DNA from: a virus
Virus genome (UHGV): UHGV-0203358
Length of the DNA: 41,751 nt
Strand: one strand, 5' to 3'
The notes under the pieces are model-generated. The model did no database searches. It was not told the DNA's origin and worked only from the letters and a program-made list of their open reading frames with translations. Both the position numbers and the translations under genes were made by a program. Positions 32,497-41,267 of this stretch are shown here, piece after piece. Numbering within the stretch: position 1 is the stretch's first letter; every line of letters begins with the position of its first letter.

Positions 32497-32662
32497 GATC
32501 GGCTGCTGCGGCGAATGCCCTTATTACAACTACAGAAAGCATAAGTGCGGTAAGGGCGCTGTGAAGGAGACCAGACCATTCGATCCGTTTTATGACGATT
32601 GTCCGTTAGAATGGGAAGAGATTAAACGCGAGGAGGACGAAAATGATCAAAGCAACGATTAA
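32471..32662 (+). CDS. Small Cys-rich protein
   Basis: 'CCGECPY...C...DCPL'. Confidence 0.65.
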   Translation: MARRYIKIKIGCCGECPYYNYRKHKCGKGAVKETRPFDPFYDDCPLEWEEIKREEDENDQSND

Positions 32663-32834
32663 AACCGGAGAAAATGGCGTACTCGAGCTTGAAGGCACTG
32701 CAAAGGAGATCACAGAGGAGGTTGCGGCTCTCATTCAGAGCGTCTATCTGTCACTGGATGAACCGACCAGAGCAATCTACAAAGAGGCGCTTCTCATAGC
32801 GATAAGGGAAGGGATGATACTCAATGGCGATTAA
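32643..32834 (+). CDS. Small hypothetical protein
   Basis: RBS GGAGG; 63 aa. Confidence 0.65.
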   Translation: MIKATIKTGENGVLELEGTAKEITEEVAALIQSVYLSLDEPTRAIYKEALLIAIREGMILNGD

Positions 32835-33024
32835 GATTATCAAGCCGGGCAAAAAGCCCGAACCAATTCACTTCGAGTGCAAGCACTGTGGGTGTGTATT
32901 CGAAATGGACGCGGCTGCTTACGATGCCGATATGGGCGGGCTGCTTTCGCCGGACTACGCCGCGTTCTGCCCGACGTGCCGCAAATGGTGCTTCTCCAAA
33001 GGAGCCAAGAAAGGACAAAGATAA
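32824..33024 (+). CDS. Zn-ribbon protein, paralog A
   Basis: MAIKIIKPGK...FECKHCGCVFE...YAAFCPTC. Confidence 0.75.
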   Translation: MAIKIIKPGKKPEPIHFECKHCGCVFEMDAAAYDADMGGLLSPDYAAFCPTCRKWCFSKGAKKGQR

Positions 33025-33224
33025 TGGCAATTAAAATCATCAAGCCGGGCAAGATCAAGAACCCGAGAGACACACGGCGGTTCACCTGTCTCCTCTGCGG
33101 GTGCGTCTTCGACGCCGATCGCGGAGATTATGAGGCATTCGATCAGTATCAAACCACCGAGTACGCGGCGATCTGCCCGACCTGCCATCATACGACGTAC
33201 CGCTCCGAGCCGCTCGATGAGTAA
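33024..33224 (+). CDS. Zn-ribbon protein, paralog B
   Basis: TAATG overlap; MAIKIIKPGK...FTCLLCGCVFD...YAAICPTC. Confidence 0.75.
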   Translation: MAIKIIKPGKIKNPRDTRRFTCLLCGCVFDADRGDYEAFDQYQTTEYAAICPTCHHTTYRSEPLDE

Positions 33225-33528
33225 ACCCCGCTATATCTGGTGGGGCTACGTAAAAGCCCTCATCCGCGCCTGCGGAAACCCCCGCTCCCCGAAACGGCGA
33301 TATCTCAACGACGACGAGATAAACGCCTTTCAGGTCGCCTGGAACGCCGCGGACGCCGAGCGGCGGCGGCTCGTCTCGATGGTGCTCATCCACCAAAGCC
33401 ACACGATCCCCGGCGCGGCAATGAAGCTCCACGTCTCCGAAAGGACAGCGCAAAGGTGGCACGCAGAATTCATCTGCGCCGTCGCCGCGGGGCTCGGAAT
33501 GAAAATTGGCATTAAAAAGCCATCATAG
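33217..33528 (+). CDS. Putative late transcription activator (RinA/ArpU-like position, C-terminal HTH)
   Basis: MSKPRYIWWGYVK...; 'TIPGAAMKLHVSERTAQRWH..F'; last gene before the late promoter. Confidence 0.7.
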   Translation: MSKPRYIWWGYVKALIRACGNPRSPKRRYLNDDEINAFQVAWNAADAERRRLVSMVLIHQSHTIPGAAMKLHVSERTAQRWHAEFICAVAAGLGMKIGIKKPS

Positions 33529-33573
33529 TGTGTTACAATAACAGCATCTTAAGGAAAGGTGCTGTTATTTTTT
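33506..33573 (+). promoter_or_regulatory. Putative activator-dependent late promoter with inverted repeats
   Basis: TG-N-TACAAT at 33531-33539 with no properly spaced -35; TGGC-N8-GCCA palindrome; AATAACAGCATCTT/AAGGTGCTGTTATT inverted repeat. Confidence 0.5.
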
Positions 33574-34329
33574 ATGGCTTATGGCGAAACGTATGAAGAA
33601 TTTGTCGATAAATTCAAGCCCAAGCTGACGACGGATGATTGCTATACACCGCCGAAAATCTATGCGGCGGTTCGCGACTGGGCTTGCGCGAAATACGGCA
33701 TTGATCCGGCAAAAATCGTCCGGCCATTTTACCCCGGCGGGGATTTCGAGGCTTTCGATTACCCGGACGATTGTGTAGTACTTGATAATCCGCCGTTTTC
33801 GATTCTTTCGAAAATCTGCGGTTTCTACCTTGACCGCGAAATCCCGTTTTTTCTCTTCGCACCGAATCTTACGGCGCTCGGTAGTGCGTCCACCGCAATG
33901 CGAATGAACCATATTTTCTGCGATGCGAATATCGTCTACGAGAACGGCGCTGAGGTCAACACCGCTTTCGTCACGTCATTCGGCGGTGACATTATCGCGC
34001 AGACCGCGCCCGACCTCGGGGAAACGCTGAGAAGGCTCAACGACGAGGCGCGCCACGCGGCGGCAAGGAAGCTTCCGAAATACGAGTACCCCGCCCACGT
34101 TCTGACCGCCGCGATGATGCATCGGTACGCGCTCCGCGGAATCGATTTCGAGGTGCGGCGCGGCGAGTGCGTCAGAGTTGCCGGGCTGGATTCGCAGAAG
34201 GAAAAGAAGAAATCAATCTACGGAGGCGGGCTGCTACTGTCGGACAAAAAAGCAGCTGAACGCCTCGCAGCAGATGTCTGGGAGCTGTCGGAAAGAGAAA
34301 TGGAGATTGTGCGAGGACTCGGGCAATGA
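33574..34329 (+). CDS. Putative DNA adenine methyltransferase
   Basis: 'TTDDCYTP', 'RPFYPGGD', 'LDNPPFS' catalytic-type motif; alternative GTG start at 33559. Confidence 0.65.
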   Translation: MAYGETYEEFVDKFKPKLTTDDCYTPPKIYAAVRDWACAKYGIDPAKIVRPFYPGGDFEAFDYPDDCVVLDNPPFSILSKICGFYLDREIPFFLFAPNLTALGSASTAMRMNHIFCDANIVYENGAEVNTAFVTSFGGDIIAQTAPDLGETLRRLNDEARHAAARKLPKYEYPAHVLTAAMMHRYALRGIDFEVRRGECVRVAGLDSQKEKKKSIYGGGLLLSDKKAAERLAADVWELSEREMEIVRGLGQ

Positions 34330-34643
34330 ACTACAATCCAGCTGATGAGCCGATAAGGTTCTACAGCTCAAAAGCATGGGATAAAGTCTCAGCGATGGTG
34401 CGCAAGTCGGATCATTATCAGTGTGTGCTGTGCGGTTCGGCGAGACGACCGCTCATTGTCCATCATGTCAAGCATCTTAAGGACAGACCAGACTTAGCGC
34501 TGAGTGTTCGCGATCCGGACACCGGCGAGCGGCAGCTGATCACGGTCTGCAAGCGATGTCACGAGAAGCTGCACCCGGAGGCGTTGCAGGAGACGCGAGG
34601 ACGGGGCAGGAAGGACGAAGTTTCGGCGGAAAGATGGGATTAG
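34326..34643 (+). CDS. HNH endonuclease (terminase-associated, HK97 gp74-like)
   Basis: 'FYSSKAW', 'CVLC', 'VHHVK', 'VCKRCHEKLH'; directly upstream of terS. Confidence 0.9.
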   Translation: MNYNPADEPIRFYSSKAWDKVSAMVRKSDHYQCVLCGSARRPLIVHHVKHLKDRPDLALSVRDPDTGERQLITVCKRCHEKLHPEALQETRGRGRKDEVSAERWD

Positions 34644-34748
34644 ACCCCCCCGTCAGAAAAAGCCCAGAGGGGCTAAAATCGCTAATCGTGTGGGTCCTCG
34701 ACAAAACGGGGATTTTCGCGCGATGAGTTTTGGATTCCGCGGCGGAAG
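34644..34748. other. Probable cos region
   Basis: Non-coding gap between HNH and terS with ACCCCCCCG, GGGG and CGCGCG tracts, the usual location in HNH/P27 cos phages. Confidence 0.5.
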
Positions 34749-35108
34749 GTGGTGATGAATGCCGTGGGCAAGAAAAAGATTGACTTTAATCAGAAAATTG
34801 ATGATATTCTCGCCGCCGCGTCGAGGACCGGCGCCGAGACCAGCCTTTACTATGTGACAACGCTCGAGCGGTATAATACGCAGCTAAAAATCATGGAAGA
34901 GCTGAAAAAGGCTATCGCTGAGGACGGGATGACCGTGACCAAAGAGTATGTTAAAAACCGCAAGAACATCGTTATCAATCCCGCCGTTACCGAGTACAAT
35001 AAAACCGCCTCGGCGGCTAACCAGACCGTCCAGACGCTGCTGAAAATCGTACAGGCCTACAACGACGGGAACGACATGGCAAGTTCCACTGAGGATGATG
35101 AAATGTGA
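34749..35108 (+). CDS. terS: Terminase small subunit (P27 family)
   Basis: 'IAEDGMTVTKEY', 'INPAVTEYNK'; position. Confidence 0.85.
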   Translation: MVMNAVGKKKIDFNQKIDDILAAASRTGAETSLYYVTTLERYNTQLKIMEELKKAIAEDGMTVTKEYVKNRKNIVINPAVTEYNKTASAANQTVQTLLKIVQAYNDGNDMASSTEDDEM

Positions 35109-36760
35109 CCGGGTGCCCTTACATCGACGGGTATATCGACGAACTTCGGACCGGGCGGACGCCCGCCTGCCGCGAAATGCTCCTCGCTTGCGACTACGTC
35201 GAACGGAAACTCGCCGCTCCGGATGTGTTTATTGACACCGCCAAAGCCGAGAAGGCCGTTGAGCTTATCGAGCGGTATTTCGCAATGGAGCTGTTTCCGT
35301 GGGAACGGTTCGTCATCGCGCTTGTGCACTGCTTTCACACCGACACCGACACCGTCGTCTTCTCAAAGTATTTTATCGAAATGGGACGCGGCAACGGAAA
35401 GAATGGATTCATCTCCGGACTTGTCTGGTACCTGTCCTCAAAAGCCCACGGGATTCAGGACTACAACGCCGACATCATCGCGAACTCCGAGGATCAGGCG
35501 AAAACCTCGTTCGAGGACGTTTACAAAATGCTCGAGCGGACGCAGCGCAAATCACGGAAGTTCTTCCGCTGGACACTTGAAAAAATTGTTAATATCGACA
35601 CCGGCAGCTACATCAAGTACAACACAGCTAACGCGAGAACAAAGGACGGTAAACGCCCCGGCTGCATCGTCTTCGACGAAATCCATGAGTATGAAAACTA
35701 TGACCGCATCAAGGTCATGCGCTCCGCTTTCGGCAAGGTCCGTCACGCCCGGGAGTTTTACATCACAACCAACGGCTACGTCCGCGAAGGCGTCATCGAC
35801 GAGGAAGAGCGGATCGCCCGCGAAATCCTCAACGGGACAATCGAGGATTCCCGCGAACTGCCGCTTATCTGGAAACTCGACAACGAAGCCGAAGTGGACG
35901 ACCCGGCGATGTGGGTCAAAGCGAACCCGTCACTGCCGTTCCGTCCGATTCTGCGGCAGGAAATCGAAGAAAGCTACAAAGAAAGCAAAATCAAGGCGGA
36001 CACCCGGCTCGACATGATGACCAAGCGATTCAACATCCCGAAATCGAACCCCGAGCTCATGGTCGCCGACTACGGAAACATCCAGAAAACGAACAAGCCG
36101 CTCGACGTCAGACCCGGCGCTCCCTGCACCGTCGGCATCGACTACGCAGAACTCGACGACTGGGCGGCGGTCAACTTCCACTTCCGCGACGGGCAGAAAA
36201 GGCTCGACATCAACCACGCATGGATATGCCGAGATTCACCGTCGCTCGCCCGGGTCAAAGCGCCGTGGCAGGACTGGGTTGACCAAGGCCTGTGCACCTT
36301 CGTCGAAGACGTCTCAATCTCGCCGGAACTGCTGACCGACTACATCGCCGACATGGGACGCCGGTATATGATACGAATGCTCGCAATGGACAACTTCCGC
36401 TGGTCCGCCGTCGCCGACGCCCTTCGAAAAATCGGATTTGACGCAAACGACAAAAAACGCGTCAAGCTCGTCCGACCGTCCGACATCATGCGGACCGACC
36501 CGGTTATACAGATGTGCTTCACCCGCGACCTTTTTGTCTGGGGCGACAATCCCTGCCTCCGCTGGGCGACCAACAACACAAAACGCACCCGATCTTCTCA
36601 ACGAATCGGATGTGACACCGGCAACTTTGTCTACGCAAAAATCGATGGCAAAAGCCGGAAAACCGACCCGTTCATGGCGCTTGTCGCATCGATGATATGC
36701 GAGGACGTCCTCGGAACCGGACGAGTTGAAGTTCCGAAGATCGGGGCTATCAAAATATAA
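35105..36760 (+). CDS. terL: Terminase large subunit
   Basis: Walker A 'GRGNGKN', Walker B 'IVFDEIHE', 'ITTNG', 'WVKANP', 'GIDYA...D', 'KTDPFMA'. Confidence 0.97.
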   Translation: MTGCPYIDGYIDELRTGRTPACREMLLACDYVERKLAAPDVFIDTAKAEKAVELIERYFAMELFPWERFVIALVHCFHTDTDTVVFSKYFIEMGRGNGKNGFISGLVWYLSSKAHGIQDYNADIIANSEDQAKTSFEDVYKMLERTQRKSRKFFRWTLEKIVNIDTGSYIKYNTANARTKDGKRPGCIVFDEIHEYENYDRIKVMRSAFGKVRHAREFYITTNGYVREGVIDEEERIAREILNGTIEDSRELPLIWKLDNEAEVDDPAMWVKANPSLPFRPILRQEIEESYKESKIKADTRLDMMTKRFNIPKSNPELMVADYGNIQKTNKPLDVRPGAPCTVGIDYAELDDWAAVNFHFRDGQKRLDINHAWICRDSPSLARVKAPWQDWVDQGLCTFVEDVSISPELLTDYIADMGRRYMIRMLAMDNFRWSAVADALRKIGFDANDKKRVKLVRPSDIMRTDPVIQMCFTRDLFVWGDNPCLRWATNNTKRTRSSQRIGCDTGNFVYAKIDGKSRKTDPFMALVASMICEDVLGTGRVEVPKIGAIKI

Positions 36761-36842
36761 CGCTTAGTTTTACTTAGTTTCAGCGTTAAGTTTCAGCGAT
36801 AGAATTTTCCAACGCTAAAAAACGCGATAAAGGAGTGATAAA

Positions 36843-38051
36843 TTGGGATTCTGGGAATGGCTTCTCCCGAAAAAGGGGAAGACGGTATTCGTCGACGTAC
36901 CGGTCACCGAGCTGTGCACGTCGTCGCTCGAGTACTCCGCGTCCGAGCTCGCTTTCATGGGCTGCGTGAACCTCATCGCGAACGCGATATCCCGTTGCAC
37001 AATCCGGACGTTCGACCGGGATAAAGAGGTGCAAGGACGCGACTATGTGCTGTGGAACATCGAACCGAATGCGAATCAGAACGCGACGGTTTTCTGGCAC
37101 AAGCTCGTCACACGACTTTTCTCGGACGGCGAGGTTCTCGTCGTGCCGACCAAGCGGACCGACGGGCTGAACCGCGGCGAGAACGCCTGGTGTGTGGCGG
37201 ACAGTTACACGCTGCCGGAAATCTATCCGGCGCAGATGTGCAAATACGAGCAAGTCACCGTCGGCGAGGTGACATATGACAAGGTGTTCCGCGAAAACGA
37301 GGTGCTGCACCTGACGCTTAATCATCTCAACATCAAGCCGGTACTCAACGGCATCTACTCGGCATATTGCCGGATGCTCAAAGCCGCGATGACCGACTAC
37401 AACTGGGGAATGGGACAGCACTGGAAAGTCCACGTCGATCAGCTCGCGGGCGGTCAGAACGACTTCTCGAAGAACTTCGCCACCATGATCCGCGAGCAGG
37501 TGAAAACCTTTTTCGACACCGACGGCTCGGTGCTGCCGGAATTTGACGGCTACACCTACGAGCGCGTCGGCGGAAACTCCAAGGACACGCGCGACGTCCG
37601 GCAGATCATAGATGATATATACATCTACACCGCGCGCGCGCTCGGCATCCCGCCGGTACTCGTCGCGGGAAACGTCGCCGGGATCGGGGAAGTAAACACG
37701 CAGTTTCTCACTTACTGCGTCGACCCGCTATGCCGACAGATCGAGACGGAAATCAACCGCAAGTGCTACAGCTTCGCGCAGTTCGCTGCCGGAACGCGCG
37801 TCACCTGTGATTCGTCGACGATCATGCACTTTGATATCTTCGGCACCGCCTCGGCGGTTGAAAAAGCCGTCGGCTCCGGCGCGTTTACTATAAACGACGT
37901 CCGCCGCGCCGCCGGTCAGCCGACGATAGACGAGGACTGGGCAAACCAGTCCTATATGACCAAGAATCTCGGTCCTACCGTAACACAGGAGGAGGTGAAA
38001 GAAAATGAGACGAATGTGGGAAATCAAGAACCAGACGGAGACGGCGCTTGA
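36843..38051 (+). CDS. Portal protein (HK97 family)
   Basis: RBS AAGGAG and TTG; 'NIEPNANQNA..FW', 'ARALGIPP', 'TINDVR'. Confidence 0.93.
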   Translation: MGFWEWLLPKKGKTVFVDVPVTELCTSSLEYSASELAFMGCVNLIANAISRCTIRTFDRDKEVQGRDYVLWNIEPNANQNATVFWHKLVTRLFSDGEVLVVPTKRTDGLNRGENAWCVADSYTLPEIYPAQMCKYEQVTVGEVTYDKVFRENEVLHLTLNHLNIKPVLNGIYSAYCRMLKAAMTDYNWGMGQHWKVHVDQLAGGQNDFSKNFATMIREQVKTFFDTDGSVLPEFDGYTYERVGGNSKDTRDVRQIIDDIYIYTARALGIPPVLVAGNVAGIGEVNTQFLTYCVDPLCRQIETEINRKCYSFAQFAAGTRVTCDSSTIMHFDIFGTASAVEKAVGSGAFTINDVRRAAGQPTIDEDWANQSYMTKNLGPTVTQEEVKENETNVGNQEPDGDGA

Positions 38052-38799
38052 CCTTTACATCTATGGCGAAGTCAAAGGCGATTCCTACGACTGGTGGAAC
38101 GATGAGGTTATCGAATCCGAGACTTCCGCGAACGCCTTCCGCGATGCGCTTGCATCCGCGGGCAATGTGGGGACGATAAACCTCTACATCAACTCGGAGG
38201 GCGGCTCGGTGTTCGAGGGCTCCGCGATTTACTCGCAGCTTATGCGCTCAAAAGCCCGGAAAGTCGTCCACGTCGACGGTTTCGCGTGCTCTATCGCCGC
38301 CGAAATCGCCATGGCGGGCGACGAGGTTATCATGGCTCCGAATGCGCTGATGATGATTCACAACGCATGGAGCTACGCCGTCGGAAACTCGGCGGAACTC
38401 CGGAAAGCCGCCGACGACCTCGACGTCATCAACTCCGCGCAGCGCGGCGCATACCTCAAAAAGGCGGGCGATAAGCTCTCAGAGGACGAACTTGTCCGCA
38501 TGATGGACGCCGAAACATGGCTCAACGCCGAGGACTGCGTGAAATACGGACTCGCCGACAAAATCGGAGAGACCGCCGCGGACATCCCAAACGCCGGTGA
38601 AACCGTCGCCCGGATGACGAACAGCCTGCAAAGCCGCATCGCGGCTTGCCGCTCCGTCGCCGCGCAGCTCCGCCAGCTCGTCACGTCCCCGCCCCCGGCG
38701 AAGACGCCGGAGCCGACGCCAGAGCCCGAACCCGAACCGCAGTCCAAAGAACCCGACGCCACCGGCATCATGTCGATGCTTGCCGGGCTGAAAAATTAA
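38005..38799 (+). CDS. ClpP-like prohead protease
   Basis: 'INSEGGSVFEG', 'VDGFACSIAA.IAMAGD', 'MMIHNA', 'ETWLNAEDC...GLAD'. Confidence 0.93.
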   Translation: MRRMWEIKNQTETALDLYIYGEVKGDSYDWWNDEVIESETSANAFRDALASAGNVGTINLYINSEGGSVFEGSAIYSQLMRSKARKVVHVDGFACSIAAEIAMAGDEVIMAPNALMMIHNAWSYAVGNSAELRKAADDLDVINSAQRGAYLKKAGDKLSEDELVRMMDAETWLNAEDCVKYGLADKIGETAADIPNAGETVARMTNSLQSRIAACRSVAAQLRQLVTSPPPAKTPEPTPEPEPEPQSKEPDATGIMSMLAGLKN

Positions 38800-38823
38800 A
38801 TTTGCAAAGGAGTAAAAACAAAA

Positions 38824-40278
38824 ATGATCATGAATCAGATCCGCGACCGCGACGCCATCCGCGCGTCCATGCAGGAAGCGCTCAAGAACAACGACACCGA
38901 CGGCTTTTACGCCGCTATGGATGAGATGATCCTCTCCATCGAGCAGGCAGTCCGCGCCGACAACGACGCTTACCGCTCCGAGCAGGACACCCGCATCCTC
39001 GCCGAGCGCGGCGTCAGACAGCTCACCTCCGCTGAGAGAAAGTATTACAACAAGGTCATCGAGGCTATGCGCTCGACCGACCCGAAGGCGGCGCTCACTA
39101 ACCTCGACGTCGTCATGCCGGAGACCGTCATCAACTCGGTTTTTGACGAACTCCGCACCCGTCACCCGCTGCTCTCCAGAATCAACTTCATGGCGACCAA
39201 CGGCAAAATCAAGTTCCTGATGAACACCAACGGCGAGCAGAAGGCGGTCTGGGGCACCCTCACCGACGCCATCACCAAGGAGCTTGCTTCCGGCTTTAAG
39301 GAAGTCGACGCGACGCTGATGAAGCTCTCCGCGTTCCTTCCGGTCGCGAAGTCCATGCTCGACCTCGGTCCGGAATGGCTCGACAGATACATCCGCGAGG
39401 TGCTCTATGAGGCACTGGCGAACGGTCTCGAGGCGGGCATCGTCGACGGCAACGGTCAGAATCAGCCGGTCGGTATGTCCCGCGAGGCTGACGTCGCGAA
39501 GTCTTCCGGCGGTATCTTCCCGCAGAAGGCAAAGATCGTCGTCAACGAGTTCACCCCGTCGACTATGGGCAAGCTCGTCGCGCTCCTCGCGAAAGACCCG
39601 AAGGGTCAGCCCCGCTCGGTCGGCAACTTTATCCTCGTCGTCAACCCGCAGGACTACTACGAGAAGGTAATGCCCGCGACCACCATGCTTCGTTCGGACG
39701 GCACCTACCGCTCCGACGTCCTCCCGATCCAGGCTGACATCATCCAGTCTTCCGCACTGAGCCGCGGCGACGCTATCTTCGGCATGGCTGACCGCTACTT
39801 CGCGGCTGCCGGCACCGACACTGACGGCAAGATTCTTTTCTCGGACGACTACAAGTTCCTTGAGGACCAGAGAATGTACCTTATCAAGGCGTACGCAAAC
39901 GGTCTCCCGAAGGACAACGTTTCCTTCCTCTTCCTCAACATCTCCGGTCTCCGTCCGCTCGTCCTCACCGTCCAGCAGGAGACCGCGCCGACCGCTTCGA
40001 CCGACGCTACCCTCTCGTCCATCGACGGTCTGACTCTCTCCCCGACCTTCGCGGCGTCGACTGGCACCTACACCGCGGCGACCACCAACGCGGCTGACGT
40101 CGTCACTGCTTACCCGAGCGACATCAACGCCACCGTGCAGCTCACGCTCGGCGCGAAGATCATCGAGAACGGCTCCGCTGTCAAGTGGACTGACGGCACG
40201 AACACCCTTAAGGTCAACGTCGTCGCTGAGGACGGCACGACCAAGAAGACCTACACCATCACGGTGACCAAGTCGTAA
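38824..40278 (+). CDS. Major capsid protein (HK97 fold) with C-terminal cadherin-like beta-sandwich domain
   Basis: Delta-domain-like N-terminus; 'MPETVINSVFDEL...HPLL', 'GNGQNQPVG'; C-terminal 'DATLSS...LSPTF...Y...AEDGTTKKTYTITVT'. Confidence 0.95.
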   Translation: MIMNQIRDRDAIRASMQEALKNNDTDGFYAAMDEMILSIEQAVRADNDAYRSEQDTRILAERGVRQLTSAERKYYNKVIEAMRSTDPKAALTNLDVVMPETVINSVFDELRTRHPLLSRINFMATNGKIKFLMNTNGEQKAVWGTLTDAITKELASGFKEVDATLMKLSAFLPVAKSMLDLGPEWLDRYIREVLYEALANGLEAGIVDGNGQNQPVGMSREADVAKSSGGIFPQKAKIVVNEFTPSTMGKLVALLAKDPKGQPRSVGNFILVVNPQDYYEKVMPATTMLRSDGTYRSDVLPIQADIIQSSALSRGDAIFGMADRYFAAAGTDTDGKILFSDDYKFLEDQRMYLIKAYANGLPKDNVSFLFLNISGLRPLVLTVQQETAPTASTDATLSSIDGLTLSPTFAASTGTYTAATTNAADVVTAYPSDINATVQLTLGAKIIENGSAVKWTDGTNTLKVNVVAEDGTTKKTYTITVTKS

Positions 40279-40598
40279 TGGCACGGCGGGACAACCTCCC
40301 CGCCGGTCTGCTCGACGACGTAAAAAACCATCTCGGAATCACATGGACCGACAACGCCACCGACACCCGGATCGCCGGGCTCATCGGCTCCGGGATGGCC
40401 TACATCGACAGCAAATACGGCGGAGACGCGGACTATATCGAGGACGGATTTCCGCGAACCCTGCTGATGGAATACGTCCGCTACGCCAGGGATGCCGCGC
40501 TCGACGTTTTCGAGAACAATTACGCCGCGCTCATTCTCGCCATGCAGCATGAAAGGCAGGTCGAACGACTTGAAGAGCTACAAATACCCGAGCCGTGA
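40278..40598 (+). CDS. Head-tail connector (adaptor)
   Basis: 'LLDDVKNHLGITW.D...D', 'LLMEYVRY...FE.NY'. Confidence 0.85.
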   Translation: MARRDNLPAGLLDDVKNHLGITWTDNATDTRIAGLIGSGMAYIDSKYGGDADYIEDGFPRTLLMEYVRYARDAALDVFENNYAALILAMQHERQVERLEELQIPEP

Positions 40599-40932
40599 GC
40601 GAAATGTCGTCTCCCAGACCTACAACGACGGATACGTGAAAATCTACGCCGCCGAGGACGGAGCCGACCCCGGACACATGCCCGTCGAAAAGCTCACGCT
40701 CAAAGCTCAGCTCTTTTACGCTGAACAGCGCGTCGGAATCTCAAGATTTTACACCGCGCAGCAGTATCACGACGACGTCGAACGGCTCATGCGCGTACAA
40801 CGCGCCGGAGTGATCGCCAACCGCGATATCGCCGAAACCGAAGACGGGCAGCGATACAACATCGCCATGGTGCAGACCGTCGACGGGGTCTTCCCCCCGT
40901 CGCTCGATCTGACGCTCACGAGGATAAAATAA
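40570..40932 (+). CDS. Head closure (stopper) protein
   Basis: 'TYNDGYVKIY', 'RFYTAQQ', 'RYNIAMVQ', 'LDLTL'; start uncertain (TTG 40570 or ATG 40549). Confidence 0.7.
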   Translation: MKSYKYPSRERNVVSQTYNDGYVKIYAAEDGADPGHMPVEKLTLKAQLFYAEQRVGISRFYTAQQYHDDVERLMRVQRAGVIANRDIAETEDGQRYNIAMVQTVDGVFPPSLDLTLTRIK

Positions 40933-41267
40933 TGAGCTGGGTAAATAAAATCATCGACGCGCACCTCGCCGTCACCGACCAAGTCTCGCGGTACCGGCGG
41001 CTCAAATCCGACCGGTATTTTGTGTGGTCTGAGGACAGCACCAACGATCTTGTCTCAGGCGGCGCGCACATCGAGCGGGCAATCATCGGAACGACCGATC
41101 TTTACACAAAAACCGAGGATGATCCGTGGGCGGGTCAGCTCGAAACAGCCTTTGAAGCCGCCGGCATCCCATACTACCGAAACTCCGTGCAGTATGAGGA
41201 GGAAACCGGATATATCCACACCGAGTGGGTCTGGGAGGTGCCGGAAGATGGCGATGATACGCTTTAG
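40932..41267 (+). CDS. Putative tail terminator
   Basis: 'DLYTKTEDDP', 'YEEETGYIH.EW'. Confidence 0.65.
   Translation: MSWVNKIIDAHLAVTDQVSRYRRLKSDRYFVWSEDSTNDLVSGGAHIERAIIGTTDLYTKTEDDPWAGQLETAFEAAGIPYYRNSVQYEEETGYIHTEWVWEVPEDGDDTL

Noticed and set aside
34341..34375. CTGATGAGCCGATAAGG resembling a hammerhead ribozyme core
   Set aside because: No GAAA follows stem II and the sequence lies in the HNH coding region
34326..34643. HNH as a mobile homing endonuclease
   Set aside because: Small size and position before the cos region and terS match packaging-associated HNH proteins
38479..40284. 601-aa minus-strand ORF, plus other long antisense ORFs such as 8935-10329 and 2666-3532
   Set aside because: Shadow frames of GC-rich, codon-biased structural genes; no RBS or recognisable motifs
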